Below, piece after piece: positions 22,820-36,479 of a DNA stretch of 64,000 nucleotides (positions are counted from its first letter, which is position 1; each line of letters starts with the position of its first letter). Below the pieces are notes generated by a model that was not told the origin of the DNA, did no database searches, and saw only the letters and a list, made by a program, of their open reading frames with translations. The stretch is from Octopus sinensis (taxonomy: Eukaryota). Position numbers and translations under genes: made by a program. The DNA is taken from positions 90,272,001 to 90,336,000 of the forward strand of contig NC_043003.1 of NCBI RefSeq assembly GCF_006345805.1, in the 5' to 3' direction.

Positions 22820-24770
22820 ATTGCCTTTGCACAGCTTCTAACGCTGGAGATGTATTTACAGTGTCAACTGTTCACTACCAGTGAACTAAGGTAACACCTC
22901 TTATTTTTCAAGCACCTTCCAGAGTATTCGAGTGGTTCCAAGCAGTGCTGTTTTCTGCAAGTGCTCCACCCTTATTGCTGCCCCTATTTGTTCCACGTAC
23001 TTCTCGAGATTTTTGCTCACTGTTCCCAGGGCTCTGACAATTATTGGTACTACTGCTACCTTTTTCATCGACCACAACTGCTTAACTTCCCAAGCTAACC
23101 TGTCATATCTCTCAACTTTTCTTTCTTCCTTATTGCATACCTTGTTGTCAGCTGCACATGTTATATCTATGATCCTGCATAGTTTGTTTTCTTTCTCAAT
23201 TAAGACTATGTCCGGCTTCCTATTCTCAATTTCATGGTTACACTGAATCATAAAATCCCATAGGATCTTTGCATTTCTATTTTCGACAATGCCTTCAGGT
23301 TTGTGGTCGTACCAATTTTTTGCTCTGTCAAGTTCATACTTGTTGCAAAGTGTCCAATGGACAATCCTGGCTATATTGTTGTGACATCTCTTATATTCCT
23401 TCTGGGCTAGTGGCATACATTGGCTGGTAATATGCCATACAGTTTCATCATTTTGTCCAAAGATTCTGCACTTATTACTTTCTGATGTGCTGTCTATTCT
23501 GTATTTTATGTAGTTTGTTCTTAGTGCTTGCTCTTGGGCAACATAAATTAGCGCCTCTGTTTCCGGTTTTAAATCACTTTTTGTCATCCACAGCCATCTT
23601 TTTTCTTTGTCTATCTTATCTTCAACATCCCTATGAAACTGACCATGCATTCTTTTCTTTACCCACCAATTTTCAGTTTCAATCATTTTCAATTTCTTGT
23701 ATAGTGCTTATCTTTGCAATCTTTCATCCTACACAAGCCTAACCTTCTCACGTCTAGTAATAGCAGTTCTGTGGCATTTTTTTACGTACCATGCTATATT
23801 GTTTTCTTCTGCTCTAATGCTGTGTTCGCACCCAATAAGTCCTCTTCACCCTCTTTTTCTTGGTATATACAGTCTATCTGTGTCACTTTTGGGGTGGAGT
23901 GACCCATATCTAGTTAGCAACTTCCTTGTCTTTCTGTCTAAGCTGTGTAGTTTGTCTACTGTCCATGCGATTACCCCTGCTCCATATCTTATTCTGTCCG
24001 TTTAATTTCAAATTAAGGATCAGTCTCAGTCTGCGCAAGTACTCCACCTTAAATTTTTCTGTCATTTCTTGCTCCATCAATTTATCCATTTCCAAAATCC
24101 CCAAGTACTTATAGCCCGTCTCTTCTGTCTGCTTCATAACCTCTCCCGACGGTATTGTTAGTCTATCCATACATTTGATTTTGCCTCTCTTCAAGACTAA
24201 CACACCACACTTTCTCAGTCCAAACTCCATCCTGATATCAGCACCGAAGGTATACACTGTATCAATGAGGGAACTGACTTGGGCTTCATCTTTACCATAA
24301 AGTTTGAGGTCATCCATGAATAACAAGTGGCTGGCTTTTTGTTGGCGGCTTTTGAATACATACCCAGCTTTTGCTTTCTTCAGAATCAGTGTCAGTGGTA
24401 TCAAGCACAGTACAAAGATCAGTGGGGACAGGCAGTCCCCTTGGAAGATGCCCCTCCTAATTTCGACTGTCCCTAAACTTCTTCTGTATGCTGTCAGGTT
24501 CGTCCTCCAATTCGCCATACTTTTTCCAAGCAATCACTCAACATTTGATGCAATACCAAATAGGTTCATACACTTCATAATCCAAGAATGTGGGATCATA
24601 TCAGACGCCTTACAATAGTTGATCCATGACATGGCTAAGTTACTTTTCCTCCTCTTCCAGTCTCTGAGTATAGTTTTATCTATCAGGAGTTGATCCTTGG
24701 TCCCTCTGCACTTACGCTTGCAACCCTTCTGGCAGGACTCCATGTTTTTCTAGATGTTCGTACATTGACT
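22820..24770 (-). mobile_element. Third R4/Dong-type copy (different subfamily), 5'-truncated
   Basis: ORFs 24534-24743, 23910-24533 (GIFQGDCLSPLIF, LFMDDLKLY) and 22901-23692 (KSDLKPETEAL, KPDIVLIEK). (AAT)n at 22766-22820 and (CAT)n at 24775-24845. Confidence 0.85.
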
Positions 24771-24775
24771 CTGCG

Positions 24776-24809
<34 letters not shown>

Positions 24810-24889
24810 CCATCACCATCACCATCATCATCATCATCATCATTATTATTTCCCAAACAGATGTATGTAGCTTTTCAACAGCACTTTGC

Positions 24890-26400
24890 TCAACTATTTG
24901 GGATTAGTAGAGAACCAGATTGCAGAATGGACTTTATTTCCTACCTTGATGGACTGCTGTGTCTCTTGGTGATGGAGGCAAAGTTTGCAAAAGGCCTATG
25001 ACAGCTTCTGAAATACAGGAAGTGATGGCTAGCTGTATGAGGGATAAATTACCCGGTTTGGATGGTCTGTCCTGTGAGCTTTATGCTTACATGCAAGACT
25101 TGTTCAGTGACCCCTTGGCAATCGTTTACTGCAACTGGCAACAGAATGGCAGAATTCCATGTTTTATGAGCTGAGGAGCAGCTGTGGCATTGCTGAGAAA
25201 AGACCTGCACAAAGGGGACTATATTGATAACTTAAGGCCCATAATTCTGCTAAATAAAGAGTTCAAAAGTTTGGCCAAACTGTAGCTAATAGGTTGGCAC
25301 TTGTTAGGGAAGGTGCAGGGATGCACCATCCTGAAAAGATCCATCTATGACAACCTCCATCCATTACAACCTACACCTCATAGAGAAAGTAGCTAAAGAA
25401 CCTGGCATGGGTGGGGCCTTGATCAATTTAAATCAATCTAATGCTTTTGACAGATGGTTAACCATCTATACTTGGCAACAGTCCTCAAGGCAGATAGCTT
25501 TGGGCCTGTATTCAGGAGTTGGATTGCTGCAATGCACAGAGACATCTGTTCAGTGGTCAGTGTGAATGGTCACCTCTCAGAATCATTCGACATCATGAGC
25601 TTGGTCCTTCATGAGGTTTCCCCTTCTCATCTCTGTTGTATGTACTGACTCTCAAGCCTCTTCTACACTAGCTGGAGACGTTGAGGGGTATCCCATACTC
25701 CTTAGGATGTGTGAGATCCATGTTGGTATATGCCAACAGTGTCTTCACAATGGTGTCAAAAAATAAAAAGATTGAGATAATACTACAAGGCAGTATTAGG
25801 AAATATCAGGAAATATCAGTGGGCTTGTAGCTTGGCTCTGGAGAAACAAGTCCATGCCATCCAACTGCATCATTGGGTGCTGGATGGACTGGTTAAACTG
25901 CTCAGGGTCTGGTTTTGCTTGGACCGCCAGACAGACAAAAACAGGTATGACATAACAAGCAAGGTGACAACTCTTACCTAGAAATGTGTTGAGAGGAAGC
26001 TATCCCTGAAAGGTTGGACAGGTGGGGGTTAACATGAACATTGCATTCGTCTTGTTCTGGTCCCTGTCTGATTGCACAGGAACATATACTCTTTCGCTTC
26101 TCGTGGAAGGAATGCATTCAAATGATCGAGCAGTCTACATGCTGTCAATACCCACTGCATGCTGGACTCAGTATGCCATGGCTGATGATGCACAAACAAG
26201 CACTAAGGCAATGATATCTTCAGTATTTCCTTGACAGCAAACAAGTGTGGTTGCTGCTTGCCAAACATGTTTCCCAGCTGATCTCCTTAACAGAGCTGCA
26301 GTCCTGGGTTAAACAAAGATCAAGAAAAGGTATTTGGAAAATGGAATGCCTTCAAGTGCTCACAGCCTTCAGCCAGTTGGACACTGCAATAGGTGGAAGC
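24890..26400 (+). mobile_element. Tx1/L1-group RT fragment, heavily decayed
   Basis: PGLDGLSCELY and KEPGMGGALINLNQSNAF; same family as 9281-9937. Confidence 0.7.
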
Positions 26401-26899
26401 TTGGAGTTCCATAAGTTTTTATCAATCATTTTGGCTGGTTAAATCCCATTCAGTCAATTATTTTGTGATAACTTTTTTGCTAACATACATGGTGGTACCA
26501 ACATTTCTGTTCAATTACACTTATTAGGGGTGTAACTCAGTGATGTTTATTTTGCGTTTTTGTGAAAACAAAGATTTCATATTTTTTTCCAGTTTTAAAA
26601 AATATCAGAATACAACAAAGTAAAAATAACCAACTGAGGACAACATTCTGTCGACCAAGTTTTGGTTCCCAATGTAGCCATGATAATGGAACATGATTTG
26701 GAGCTCAAATAAATTTATTGAATCAAAATAATGGAATTTTATCCAGTTGCTTCTTAGAAAAGCCTTTCCCCACTCTCCTCTCAGCCAAAAAGAAGTCTGT
26801 TTCATCACTCATTCACAAAAATGAAGGTAAATAACTTTTTCTTATTTCTAATCTAAATGGATACACTTAGAGTAGATTATGCATATGTTTGGGTGTTGG

Positions 26900-27345
26900 G
26901 TTCAGTTTGGAAGCTGGATCACTTGCTCAACAATCTTGGGTCACTTGATTTAGATGTGGCCACCATTAGTGAGGCAAGAATTTCTTAGGAAGCATGCTCT
27001 AGCATCCATTTTTGCAGACTATGAGATATTATCATTTTGTGGTACGTCGGGAGTGGGCAGTGGTGTAGCATTGCTATTCCAAAATCCTTAGGTCTTAAAG
27101 TAAGGGAAATCTTCTTGGACCCAGATGGTAGGCTGGTGGTCCTAGATGTGAACAGCAGCAAATAAACATGAATAGTATTTTGGGTGCATGAAAGGACTGC
27201 GTACATAGCAGAAAGGGCTGCAAAAACTTCAAAAACCTGCTTGGAAATTTCCAGCAGTCTAACAGGTATTGACTGGATTTCTGTGATGTGCTAGTGTGAA
27301 TATGGAGCAACCACAACAGGTCATCTGAGTTCTTTTGTTGGGGCA
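26900..27345 (+). mobile_element. Tx1/L1-group endonuclease fragment
   Basis: Plus-strand translation FLDPDGRLVVLDV matches the motif at about 10780 on the minus strand. Confidence 0.6.
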
Positions 27346-27934
27346 ATTATTTGTGTATCCAGATACATTTCTTACTACCCTGTCAAACCCTTTCTACTAT
27401 TAAGTAAGAGTGAAAAATGAAACTTGTAAATTAGAGCATCTAAAATAGAATGCACAGCGCTAGGTGTCTTTTTCAGAAACAATGTAATGGCTGTTGTAAG
27501 ATTTTAGCTTCCCTCATAGTCATAGGCAAGGTTTAAACTGACAACCAGTGGTCAGTACAGCCAGTTGTCACTTGTGAGTGGCTATGGATTGGTAACACAT
27601 ACCATACTTTTGCTATTTGTTTTAGATGCTTATGTGGTTGTGAGCAGACACAGACATCCTCTTGGTCTTCAGTGGCATATCTACAATCTGCAGGCAGATA
27701 GAACTACACAAGAACCCACTGAATTGTTCTCATTTACAGCTGAATAAACTGAACTAATGTGTAATAAATACCTTGCTCAATGACACAATGAATTACCCAG
27801 CCCAAGAATTGAACCCAGACCTTATGATTGCGAGCCAAACGTTTAACCACTTGATTACATGCATTCATAGTAATCAGTAGTGAATCACCTTCGTCTGATC
27901 GGTATTGTGCTTGATAATATGTATGTGAATATAC

Positions 27935-28185
27935 CTAGATTGAACAGAATACCAGTAGACTGGAGACAGTCTGTGTTGGGAAGCCTTGTATTATTTGGGA
28001 AAAGTGACAGAAAGAGTAAAGCGAAATTGCAGTAGGAAGTGGAGTTTCTGACATTTTGAACTGATTCTTTGTTCATGGTTAATATAACTGGAGGGTAAAA
28101 AGTAAAAGGTAGTTGACTTTTACGTCCTCTTCCTCTATGTTTGAGTGACTGGTTGCAACTGATGAAGAATGCAGAACAATGTGAG
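27935..28185 (-). CDS. Candidate internal exon of an unidentified minus-strand gene
   Basis: Strong polypyrimidine acceptor (ctctcaccggttacttcctgtctatgtag), 83 open codons SHCSAFFISCNQ...NSTSYC...TGILFNL, donor CTAG/gtatat. Non-repetitive sequence; no family recognised. Confidence 0.4.
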
Positions 28186-29669
28186 CTACATAGACAGGAA
28201 GTAACCGGTGAGAGAAACTAGATGAGAGAGGGAAAAGGAAAGGGAAGTGAAAACAGGAAGAGATGATGGCGAGGGTGAGATAGAGGGAAACTAACTTTAT
28301 GGTTATGGTTGTCCATCAAATCTAATGACACTTATCTTCTCTTTCAGTTATGAATACTGTTACAGTTATGAATTCCTTCGCAGCTGTAATTCTTGAAGAA
28401 CAGCAACAATAATGGAGGTAGCTGTCTGGGTAAGCAAAATTCATGACTGTCACTGTATGCCCTCATGAATGAAAAAATTACGAAAGTGATGATATTTCAT
28501 TTCTGTAGATATAAACAATACCTAATCACTGTAATCCCAAAGATTACCTTTGAAGATCGAAAATTCATGATTCATATTGAAGGGAAATATACCTGATACC
28601 TGTGAAACATAGCTGTATAGTGGTTGTGGAGATGTACTTTTCCTGATTTTTTTTTTTTTTTTTGTGAAGGGGATGTAGTGAGGGTGACACAAAACGATAT
28701 ATACATCGTTCCAGCTGCAGAAGAGTAACAGAAATCTAATTTATTGAAAATTGCAATAATCCTTTTACTGCAGGAATCAGATGTATACACTCAAAATTTC
28801 GTTACCCTTAGGTGCAGAAATCAGTTTTATATACCAATCTATATTTCATTGAAAAAAAAAATGTTTGAAACTGTCTTTTGGCAAAACATATAAAATTTAT
28901 CAAGGCAATGCCACTTGCAGAAAACATCAGTTCTGTTTTGGTAAATATTTAACATTATTATTTGAAATAATAAATCTCTGAGCGAGGTATAGACCGGTAG
29001 CTACCCTAAAGGGTTAGCGACATTTAAGTGGCAAATATACTTCACGATTATTATTAGAATAACCATGACATTTGATTTCGTAGTTGAGGAGTTAAAGCTG
29101 GTTGCCACAGCTTGTTTTCTCAAACGATATACTCCTCTAATATTTGTCTACTTAGACTCATCTCATTAGGTAGCAGATGCTATAATTCACCACCACCACC
29201 ACCACCACCACCACCACCACACACACAATTCTGTAAATTCTGTAGACCCTTTAGCTGTTGCTACCAGAAAAAAACCCAGAAAGAATCTGTGGTAAATAGC
29301 AAAAGCTAAAACTATAAAATAATGTAAGACTGGGTAAATAAATATTTATTTATTTCTAAATCATATTATCGGGGCCATTTATTCATTATATTAATCAAAT
29401 GAAAGAAATAAAATTATCGATATATTTAAAAAAATAAACGTAGAATAACTTCCAACAGTACTATCAGAGTTGTTCCCCTTTAAATGTTTTTTAAGGTCAA
29501 CTCATAAGGGAGGAATGAGACTAAAAATAATTGTTACATACAAAATAAGTACTGAAACTACGCACCTCAACTTAAAGCTAGAAGCAATTTTCTCCCCTTA
29601 AGTAGCAGCCTCAAGTGCAACTACTTATTAAAACATTTTATAGAGAAACCTTTTATTTTTTAAACATAT

Positions 29670-32110
29670 AATATAATATATAATGAAATTATTGTATACA
29701 GAGCATTACAACTTGTCCAAAGTGCATATAAAGTATATGCAGTAATGTACAAATGTCTGGAAAGTGAACAGTGTATGAGACAGATTCATGCTTGCGTGTG
29801 TATGGAGGGGAGAAAACCAGGTGTAGTGTTGGCGAATCTCAGGAAGCATGGAAGTTTTGAAGGATGCAGTGCTCCGACAACTAACAACTGATGCTGGTAG
29901 TTTGTTCCATACTTCAGCAACTCTTAACGTGAAAGAATGTTTCCGAAAGTCATGGGAGCTGTGCTGTTTTCTGACTTTGTAAACATGTCCACGGGTGTTA
30001 TAGAGTCCAGTGTCAGAGGTGATGAAGATGGAACATTTTGATCTTCGACAGTAAAGATGCCTGCATAGCATCCAGCAATAATTTCTGCACATTCTTTGGG
30101 ATTGTCAGTAACCTAGCCTGTGTGGGAATTGTGAAGGGGACCAACTGGAGAGTGAGGTCTCTGCTTTGAGTGTACATACTTCTAGAACACTTTGCTGTCA
30201 GGGTTGGTTGCTATGCGCCGTTCGAATTCAAGCTCTGCCTTTTTTGTCACCTGCTTGAGATGGTTGGATGATCTATTGCGCTTTTTCCTGTTTATCTCTG
30301 ATTTGTGCATTTTGTATTCCTGTTTTGCATTACGGCGTTCTTTCCTGGCAAGTCGGACTGCTGCAGTCTCCCAAATTGCACTATTGGGTGTTTTTTCTGT
30401 GCTTGCATGGTACCGATGCTGTACATGCCATCCATATTGAATTCAGAAGTATAGTGTTCACATCTCCATCAACATAAAATTCGAGCCAGTTTGGGCGTCA
30501 CAGCTCAGTACAATAAGAGTTCCAGTCTGCTTTATTCCAGTCAAAGTGGGCAGTTTGAAGATGGTTGTGGTTTTTATTACAACCAATCAGAGACAAGTCG
30601 GCCATGATCATGGAATGATCAGAGTCACCTAAAGGTTCTTCAATAGTGACACTAATAATTGTTTCAAGTAAATAGCAGATCCAAAGTGTTGTTACCCCTT
30701 GTTGGGGAGGTAATGACTTGGGACCAATTTGAATTCAGCACTAGCTCAAGGAAATCGTCTGCACTTTGCGGCCAACGGAAGGCCTCCCAGTCAATCTCAG
30801 GGAAATTGAAGTCCCCTGCAATATAAACATAAGTGGCTGTTTTCATGGCAGCAAGTCTGAGGATATCAAAAAGTTGTGTGTCTTGATGATAATTTGGGGG
30901 GCGGTAAACAATTCCAAGTAGAAATGGTGACATGGTCATGTGTATATTGCAGAAAAATACTTGTTGAGATTGGTTCAAATCATCACAAGGAATTGCTGAT
31001 AGGTTTGAACGATAGGTTAGACCATCACACCCCCACCACGGCGATTAATGCGGTCTTTGCGGAACAGGTTGTAGCCGACAATGCTGAAAACCCCATCACA
31101 GAGTGCGGAACGTGCCCATGTTTCCGTGACTGTGATGAAATCTGGGTAGATACTTTTGACGTAAGAGTAAAAAAAATGTACCTTGTTGCATAAACTACGG
31201 GCATTTAAGGATGACAGTTTGTATCTGGATTTCAGATGACAATGATATACAGGGGATGGCTGATTGTTCTTGTTTAGTTTCCCATGATTTTTGTATTGCC
31301 AGTTATTGTGGGTGCAGTTTGCTCAGTCCAGCTAATATCCCTTATCCACGACTCACCAGACTTGATAAATTTCCATATTTGCCCATCATCACGTAGGCTA
31401 AAGCTTTCCTGTGGCACAGAGTTGCGATTTAGGGGAGCCACAGATCTTAGCTTTGGGCGTGCATCAGGTGGTAGGCCAGGGCGTGTCCTAAAGGTAATTC
31501 TGTTTTCGCGCCGAGCCCTATCAGCGGCTAGATGGTTTGCCCTCACCTCAGTAGAGTTCGAAAACGACAGCCTAATCAATCTGGGTTTGGATCCTGGTCG
31601 GCCAAGGCGGAAAGCACATTTTGGAGGAACACAGCTTTGGTCCTTAGATGTATTGCCAATAAATGCAGCTGCAACAGAGATATTGTAAACAGGGGAGCGA
31701 ACTCCTGCCACCTTCTAGCGACGAAATCAACAGACCAGTTTGGTTTTAGACCTCACTCCAGCACTGGGCACTTCGTCTGCTACAGATGGCAGTAACTCGC
31801 TTTTACTGGCAATATGTATAATTTCAAGCGACATACTGTCGCTGATTTTGAAACAAGCAAAAATGCTAGTTCTAAAATCTCTCCAACAGATCGACGCAGT
31901 TGTTGTACTAACAAGTAATATTTGTAGCAGGGTTGTCTATTCGAACGACTACACAGCAAGGGAGTGTTGTTTCAAGGGAGTTAACTTCACTTTTCCTCCG
32001 TCATAAAAGAAACTAACTATATTCAAGACAAACTCCCACTTCTTTCCGTCTAATCTAAACTATTTATCTGCTTCTCTGTCTTTCTAAGTAGGGAGAAAGC
32101 TATACAAGTG
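29670..32110 (-). mobile_element. CR1/L2-group LINE: ORF1 remnant, endonuclease and 3' end, with most of the RT missing
   Basis: ORF1-like FRLGRPGSKPRLIRLSF. Endonuclease TVTETW, RKDRINRRGGGV, IVYRPP, AGDFNFPEIDW and TRGNNTLDLLFT. CR1 C-terminus TRGHVYK...RKHSFTLRVAEVWNKLP at 29706-30092. Confidence 0.8.
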
Positions 32111-33704
32111 CATACATACATACATACACACACACACGATCGCCTTCTTGTGCTTCCTCCTGTTCAGATTATTGTTCAGTGCCACTGCAGATCTGCCTGG
32201 TTTGAAGCATAGACATCAGATAAAAGCTGTAACTTCCACTGGATTGATCAGGTCACTTTATTGGGATAAGGTGTTTCCTGATGAAAGTTTCATACGTTTT
32301 TCAGTTGAAGTTGAACTGACTCACTGTTTAGGGCTGGACATATCGTCACTCTTCCATCGCCATAGGAATTTCAGTTGATGGAATAACAAATGAGATTACC
32401 ATAAAGAGACAACCGTATGTAACTGGATTCTAGTGATAAACGCTTGTACAACACAAGTACTACTCTCTGAGTCTTCGTGATTGGTACCTAGTAGCAGTCC
32501 GAAGCAAGATGACCAGTAACCATGTGAAAATGCTGGAGTTCCTCTCCTAGAAGGATGTTGTGACAACAGCTAGGGGTTCATCACTCCCAATGGTTTTACA
32601 GTTGTTGGTTGGATGGCCGTTGACTCATCAGAGTTCATTCAACCTTTGACAAGTCTTGTTTTTCATCATGTAGGGGTCCAAAGAAAACCACACTCCTTCC
32701 CAAGTAGGTTCAGTAGGGTTGTCAGTTAAGTAGCCGACAGCCCGACTATGCGACAGGTTGTACTGGGTTACATGTTACCAGTAGCACCAATGACCTGACA
32801 TAATGGATCTGCTGGATCCAGTCTTCATTAATTAGCATAGGTAGGCTAATTAATCCACAACTGGAACCCTAACAGGTGCCGCACGCACGCACGTAAACAC
32901 ACACACACACATACACACAATGCTGTATTTCATATTTTCACACCATTGATACACAATATTCAACAGACTTTTAGCAGAGTTTCTTCCCTTGTGTCTTCCC
33001 ACTAAATTCCTAATTTAGAGTTAGTCAAATTCGACGGGCTTCTCAACCATATATATATGTAGTCTGCTTCTTAGCATCATTTTGTTATACAATCCTGCTG
33101 CTTTTACACTGGTTAGTTCTTAAGGTATATATTGAACTCTAGTATGCGGTTAACTCGTTCGTAGCTGGATCACTGGAAACTAATGCCAGCTTCTGTCCAG
33201 TAATCTTAGCGGTCTATCAGCTGGAAAATTCAGTGAATGGAATATCTAATCACATTTGAAAATGAGTTTATTGGTATTATGAATTACAAAGACTTGGGTG
33301 CTCTAGGTACTGAAGAAGAAAAAGAAGCACTCACTGACTTTACACAGTGACTTTCAAGTTGGGCATTTATGGATAACTATTAAGCACTTAGTATTCTATT
33401 TGAAGAGTATGTGAACCAATTGATGCATTGTCTTTTCCCCCTCACCAACGTGAATTAAGCCACATTTAATCATGATTAACCTAGTCTATATGCAATCAAA
33501 GGACAGTTATCTGAGGACTTATTAAGGTGAATATATAAAAAGATTTTTATGTCTTTTCATTGTAGAGAAGGTCCTACTCTTGCTTAGTCTCATCTTTGTG
33601 TTTATTTTTGCAACATAAGTATTTTCCTGTGACAGATTCTTATTCTCATTACTGTTCAGTAGATCCAAGGTTCCTTCATTGGAATTTCAACATCAACAAC
33701 AGGG

Positions 33705-34255
33705 TATGTATGTATGTATGTTATGTATGTATGTATATATGTATGTATGTATGTATGTTATGTATGTATGTATGTGTGTATGTATGTATGTATGTATGTA
33801 TGTATGTATGTATGTATGTATGTATGTATGTATGTTATGTATGTGTGTATGTATGTATGTATGTGTGTATGTATGTATGTATGTATGTATGTATGTATGT
33901 ATGTTATGTATGTATGTGTGTATGTATGTATGTATGTGTGTATGTATGTATGTATGTTATGTATGTATGTGTGTATGTATGTATGTATGTGTGTATGTAT
34001 GTATGTATGTTATGTATGTATGTTATGTATGTATGTATGTATGTATGTTATGTGTGTATGTATGTATGTATGTATGTATGTGTGTATGTATGTATGTATG
34101 TTATGTATGTATGTATGTATGTATGTTATGTGTGTATGTATGTATGTATGTATGTATGTATGTGTGTATGTATGTATGTATGTTATGTATGTATGTATGT
34201 GCGTATGTATGTATGTATGTATGTATGTATGTATGTGTGTGTGTATGTATGTATG
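33705..34255. repeat. Compound (TATG)n/(TG) microsatellite, about 550 bp
   Basis: Direct reading; accounts for the MYVC-rich ORFs in the track. Confidence 0.95.
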
Positions 34256-34844
34256 CATGTCATTATTTCAAGGTTGCAGGCCATAGAGGAAAATCCAGTT
34301 TCTAACCTAGATCATTCATTCACATTTTAACATTAACAGTGTATTTTTGCATGTATGTGTGTACATGTGTAATATTTGGAGTCACTGCTTGTGCAGATTT
34401 ATGTTTTGTTTTATGTATGCATTCTCATGCATATAGTTGCATGTCTAGACATGCAACTATATACTTAAATGATAAACTTCTGGAAAGTTTTACAGATTTT
34501 TACACTTCCAGTGATAGCTTGGATCTGTAGTCTTCAAATCAACTTTCTCCTTTCTAGTTTTGAGAAGCCTAATCTCAAGATTGTTACTTAGGCAGTGTGT
34601 TACCATAGTCCTGGGAACATGAGGTACAGGAGATGCGAGTGCACTCCCTAGAATTTTTGTGGGGTGCTAAATCAATATTTGCACCCCTACTTACTTTTAT
34701 CGGGTTTATAAAACAGTAAATAGGAAGTGATCTGTAAAAAGCTGCTCAAAGTTAGGTTTCTTCTCAAAAAACAAAGAACAAAAGTAAATTTAAAAGAAAA
34801 ACAATAAGATCTTGTTTGTAAATATTTTTGGACCAGGGTTTGCA

Positions 34845-35060
34845 CCCCCTAAGCAAATTTCATTCCTGAGCCAGTGTGTGTTACATATCCTACTATCCCA
34901 ATAATTGTAGGTATAAACATTAGCTTGTAATTTGGGTAGAGTAATGGTAGGTTTTTCAATAGTTCAGCAGAGGTATTTCCTTTTTTGCTGATATTCAGTT
35001 TTACGTTAGCATCTGCTGGGCAGCTGATTTCCACAACTGTACACAGTTTCTCTTCTCTGT
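34845..35060 (-). mobile_element. R4-like RLE C-terminal fragment
   Basis: EISCPADANV...YPNYKLMFIPTIIG; related to 52050-54300. Confidence 0.5.
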
Positions 35061-35063
35061 CAG

Positions 35064-35118
<55 letters not shown>

Positions 35119-35394
35119 ATATATACATATATATATCTTTTGTCTTTAATCTTTTAAATTATTTCCCGAAGAAGGAGCAGGGGTTCTAGCAAAGATACAA
35201 GGCTCCATCTTTGGAATGTAGATAATGAAAACAATGTCACACTTTAAATCTGAGAAACATCTTGTATAGTTTTACTGTTCTACTTAAAGGTTGTATTTAT
35301 AATGTGCAAATCAGTTGGTTGATTTCTTTTTCTGAAAATTCAAGCTTATCCAGACTGACAGTTAGGCATTTACTTACAAAACCAAGTGCTCTAA

Positions 35395-36420
35395 TTATCA
35401 TCATCATCATTGTTTAATGTCTGTTTTCCATGCTGGCATGGGTTGGATGGTTTGACTGAGGTCTGGAGAGCCAGTGGCTGCACCGGGCTCCAATCTGATC
35501 TGGCAATAATTCTACAGCTGGATGCCCTTCCTAACACCAACTACTCTGAGAATATACTAGGTGCTTTTTTACCTTCCACCAGCACAGAAGCCAGTCAGGT
35601 GGGCCTAGCATTAATCAAATTCAGAGAGTGTGTTTTACATACCACCAGCATGTGAGCCAGTCAGGTCTTCTCAAGCATATCATATCGCCCGACATATCAG
35701 GAGTACTCTTAACTGAGCCAGACATTGTGGTTGTGATCTCACTTCTCAATCATAGCATATCTCCAAAGGTCTCGGTCTTCTGTCCTTGCCTCTATGAAGC
35801 CCAGTATTTGAAGGTCATGCTTCACCACCTCATCCCATGTCTTCCTGGGTCTACCTCTTCCACAGGTTTCTTCCACAGTTAGGGAGTGGCACTTCTTCAC
35901 ATACCTGCCCTCACCCAGACGTAACACATGACCATACCAGTGCAGTCGTCTCTCTTGCACACCACACTTGATGATTCTTATGCCCAACTTTTCTCTCAAG
36001 GCACTTACACTCTGTTGAGTATGCACACAAACATTACACATCCAGCAGAACATACTAGCTTCATTTTTTTCAAGCCTATGCATGTCCTCAGCAGTCATGT
36101 CCCATGTTTCAAAACAGTAGTATGGCAGTTTGCACACATGCTTCATACAGTCTACCTTTCATCCTGAGTGAGAGGCCCTTTGTTGCAAGTAGAGGTAGGA
36201 GCTCCCTGAACTTTGCCCAGGCTATTCTTATTCTAGCCGCTACACTCTCAGAGCAACCACCCCCACTACAGACTTGGTCACCTAGGTAGCAGAAGCTATT
36301 AACTACTTCTAGTTTCTTCCCCTGGCATGTGATGGAATCTGTTTTCTGTACATCTTCTGTGTTTATTGCTCCAGTGCATCTGCCACACACAAAACTATTT
36401 TTCCTTGTAGCAGTTGACTA
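35395..36420 (-). mobile_element. RTE LINE 3' fragment with associated 3'-end repeat
   Basis: KLEVVNSFCYLGD, RIRIAWAKFRELLPLL, RLHWYGHV and GRGRPRKTWDEVV. Confidence 0.8.
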
Positions 36421-36479
36421 TGGTGTAGCTACACCAGTCATTGGGTATGACTCCTTTGTGAACTACCTGATTTATAATA

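Noticed and set aside
28328-28830. Plus-strand acceptor-like sites (28328, 28671) with short open frames such as DVVRVTQNDIYIVPAAE
   Set aside because: Could not be joined in frame to each other or to any start, and they conflict with the better minus-strand candidate.
33230-33350. 37-codon frame MEYLITFENEFIG..., and similar short frames near 50580 and 50960-51040
   Set aside because: Too short, stop-bounded and without matching splice partners.
33596-34330. Long ORFs (up to 244 aa) of MYVC repeats, also at 54365-55138
   Set aside because: Translations of TATG/TG microsatellites, which lack stop codons; not genes.
34605-34872. Possible MITE with gggtgc/gcaccc motifs
   Set aside because: Terminal inverted repeats match too poorly to define ends or a TSD.
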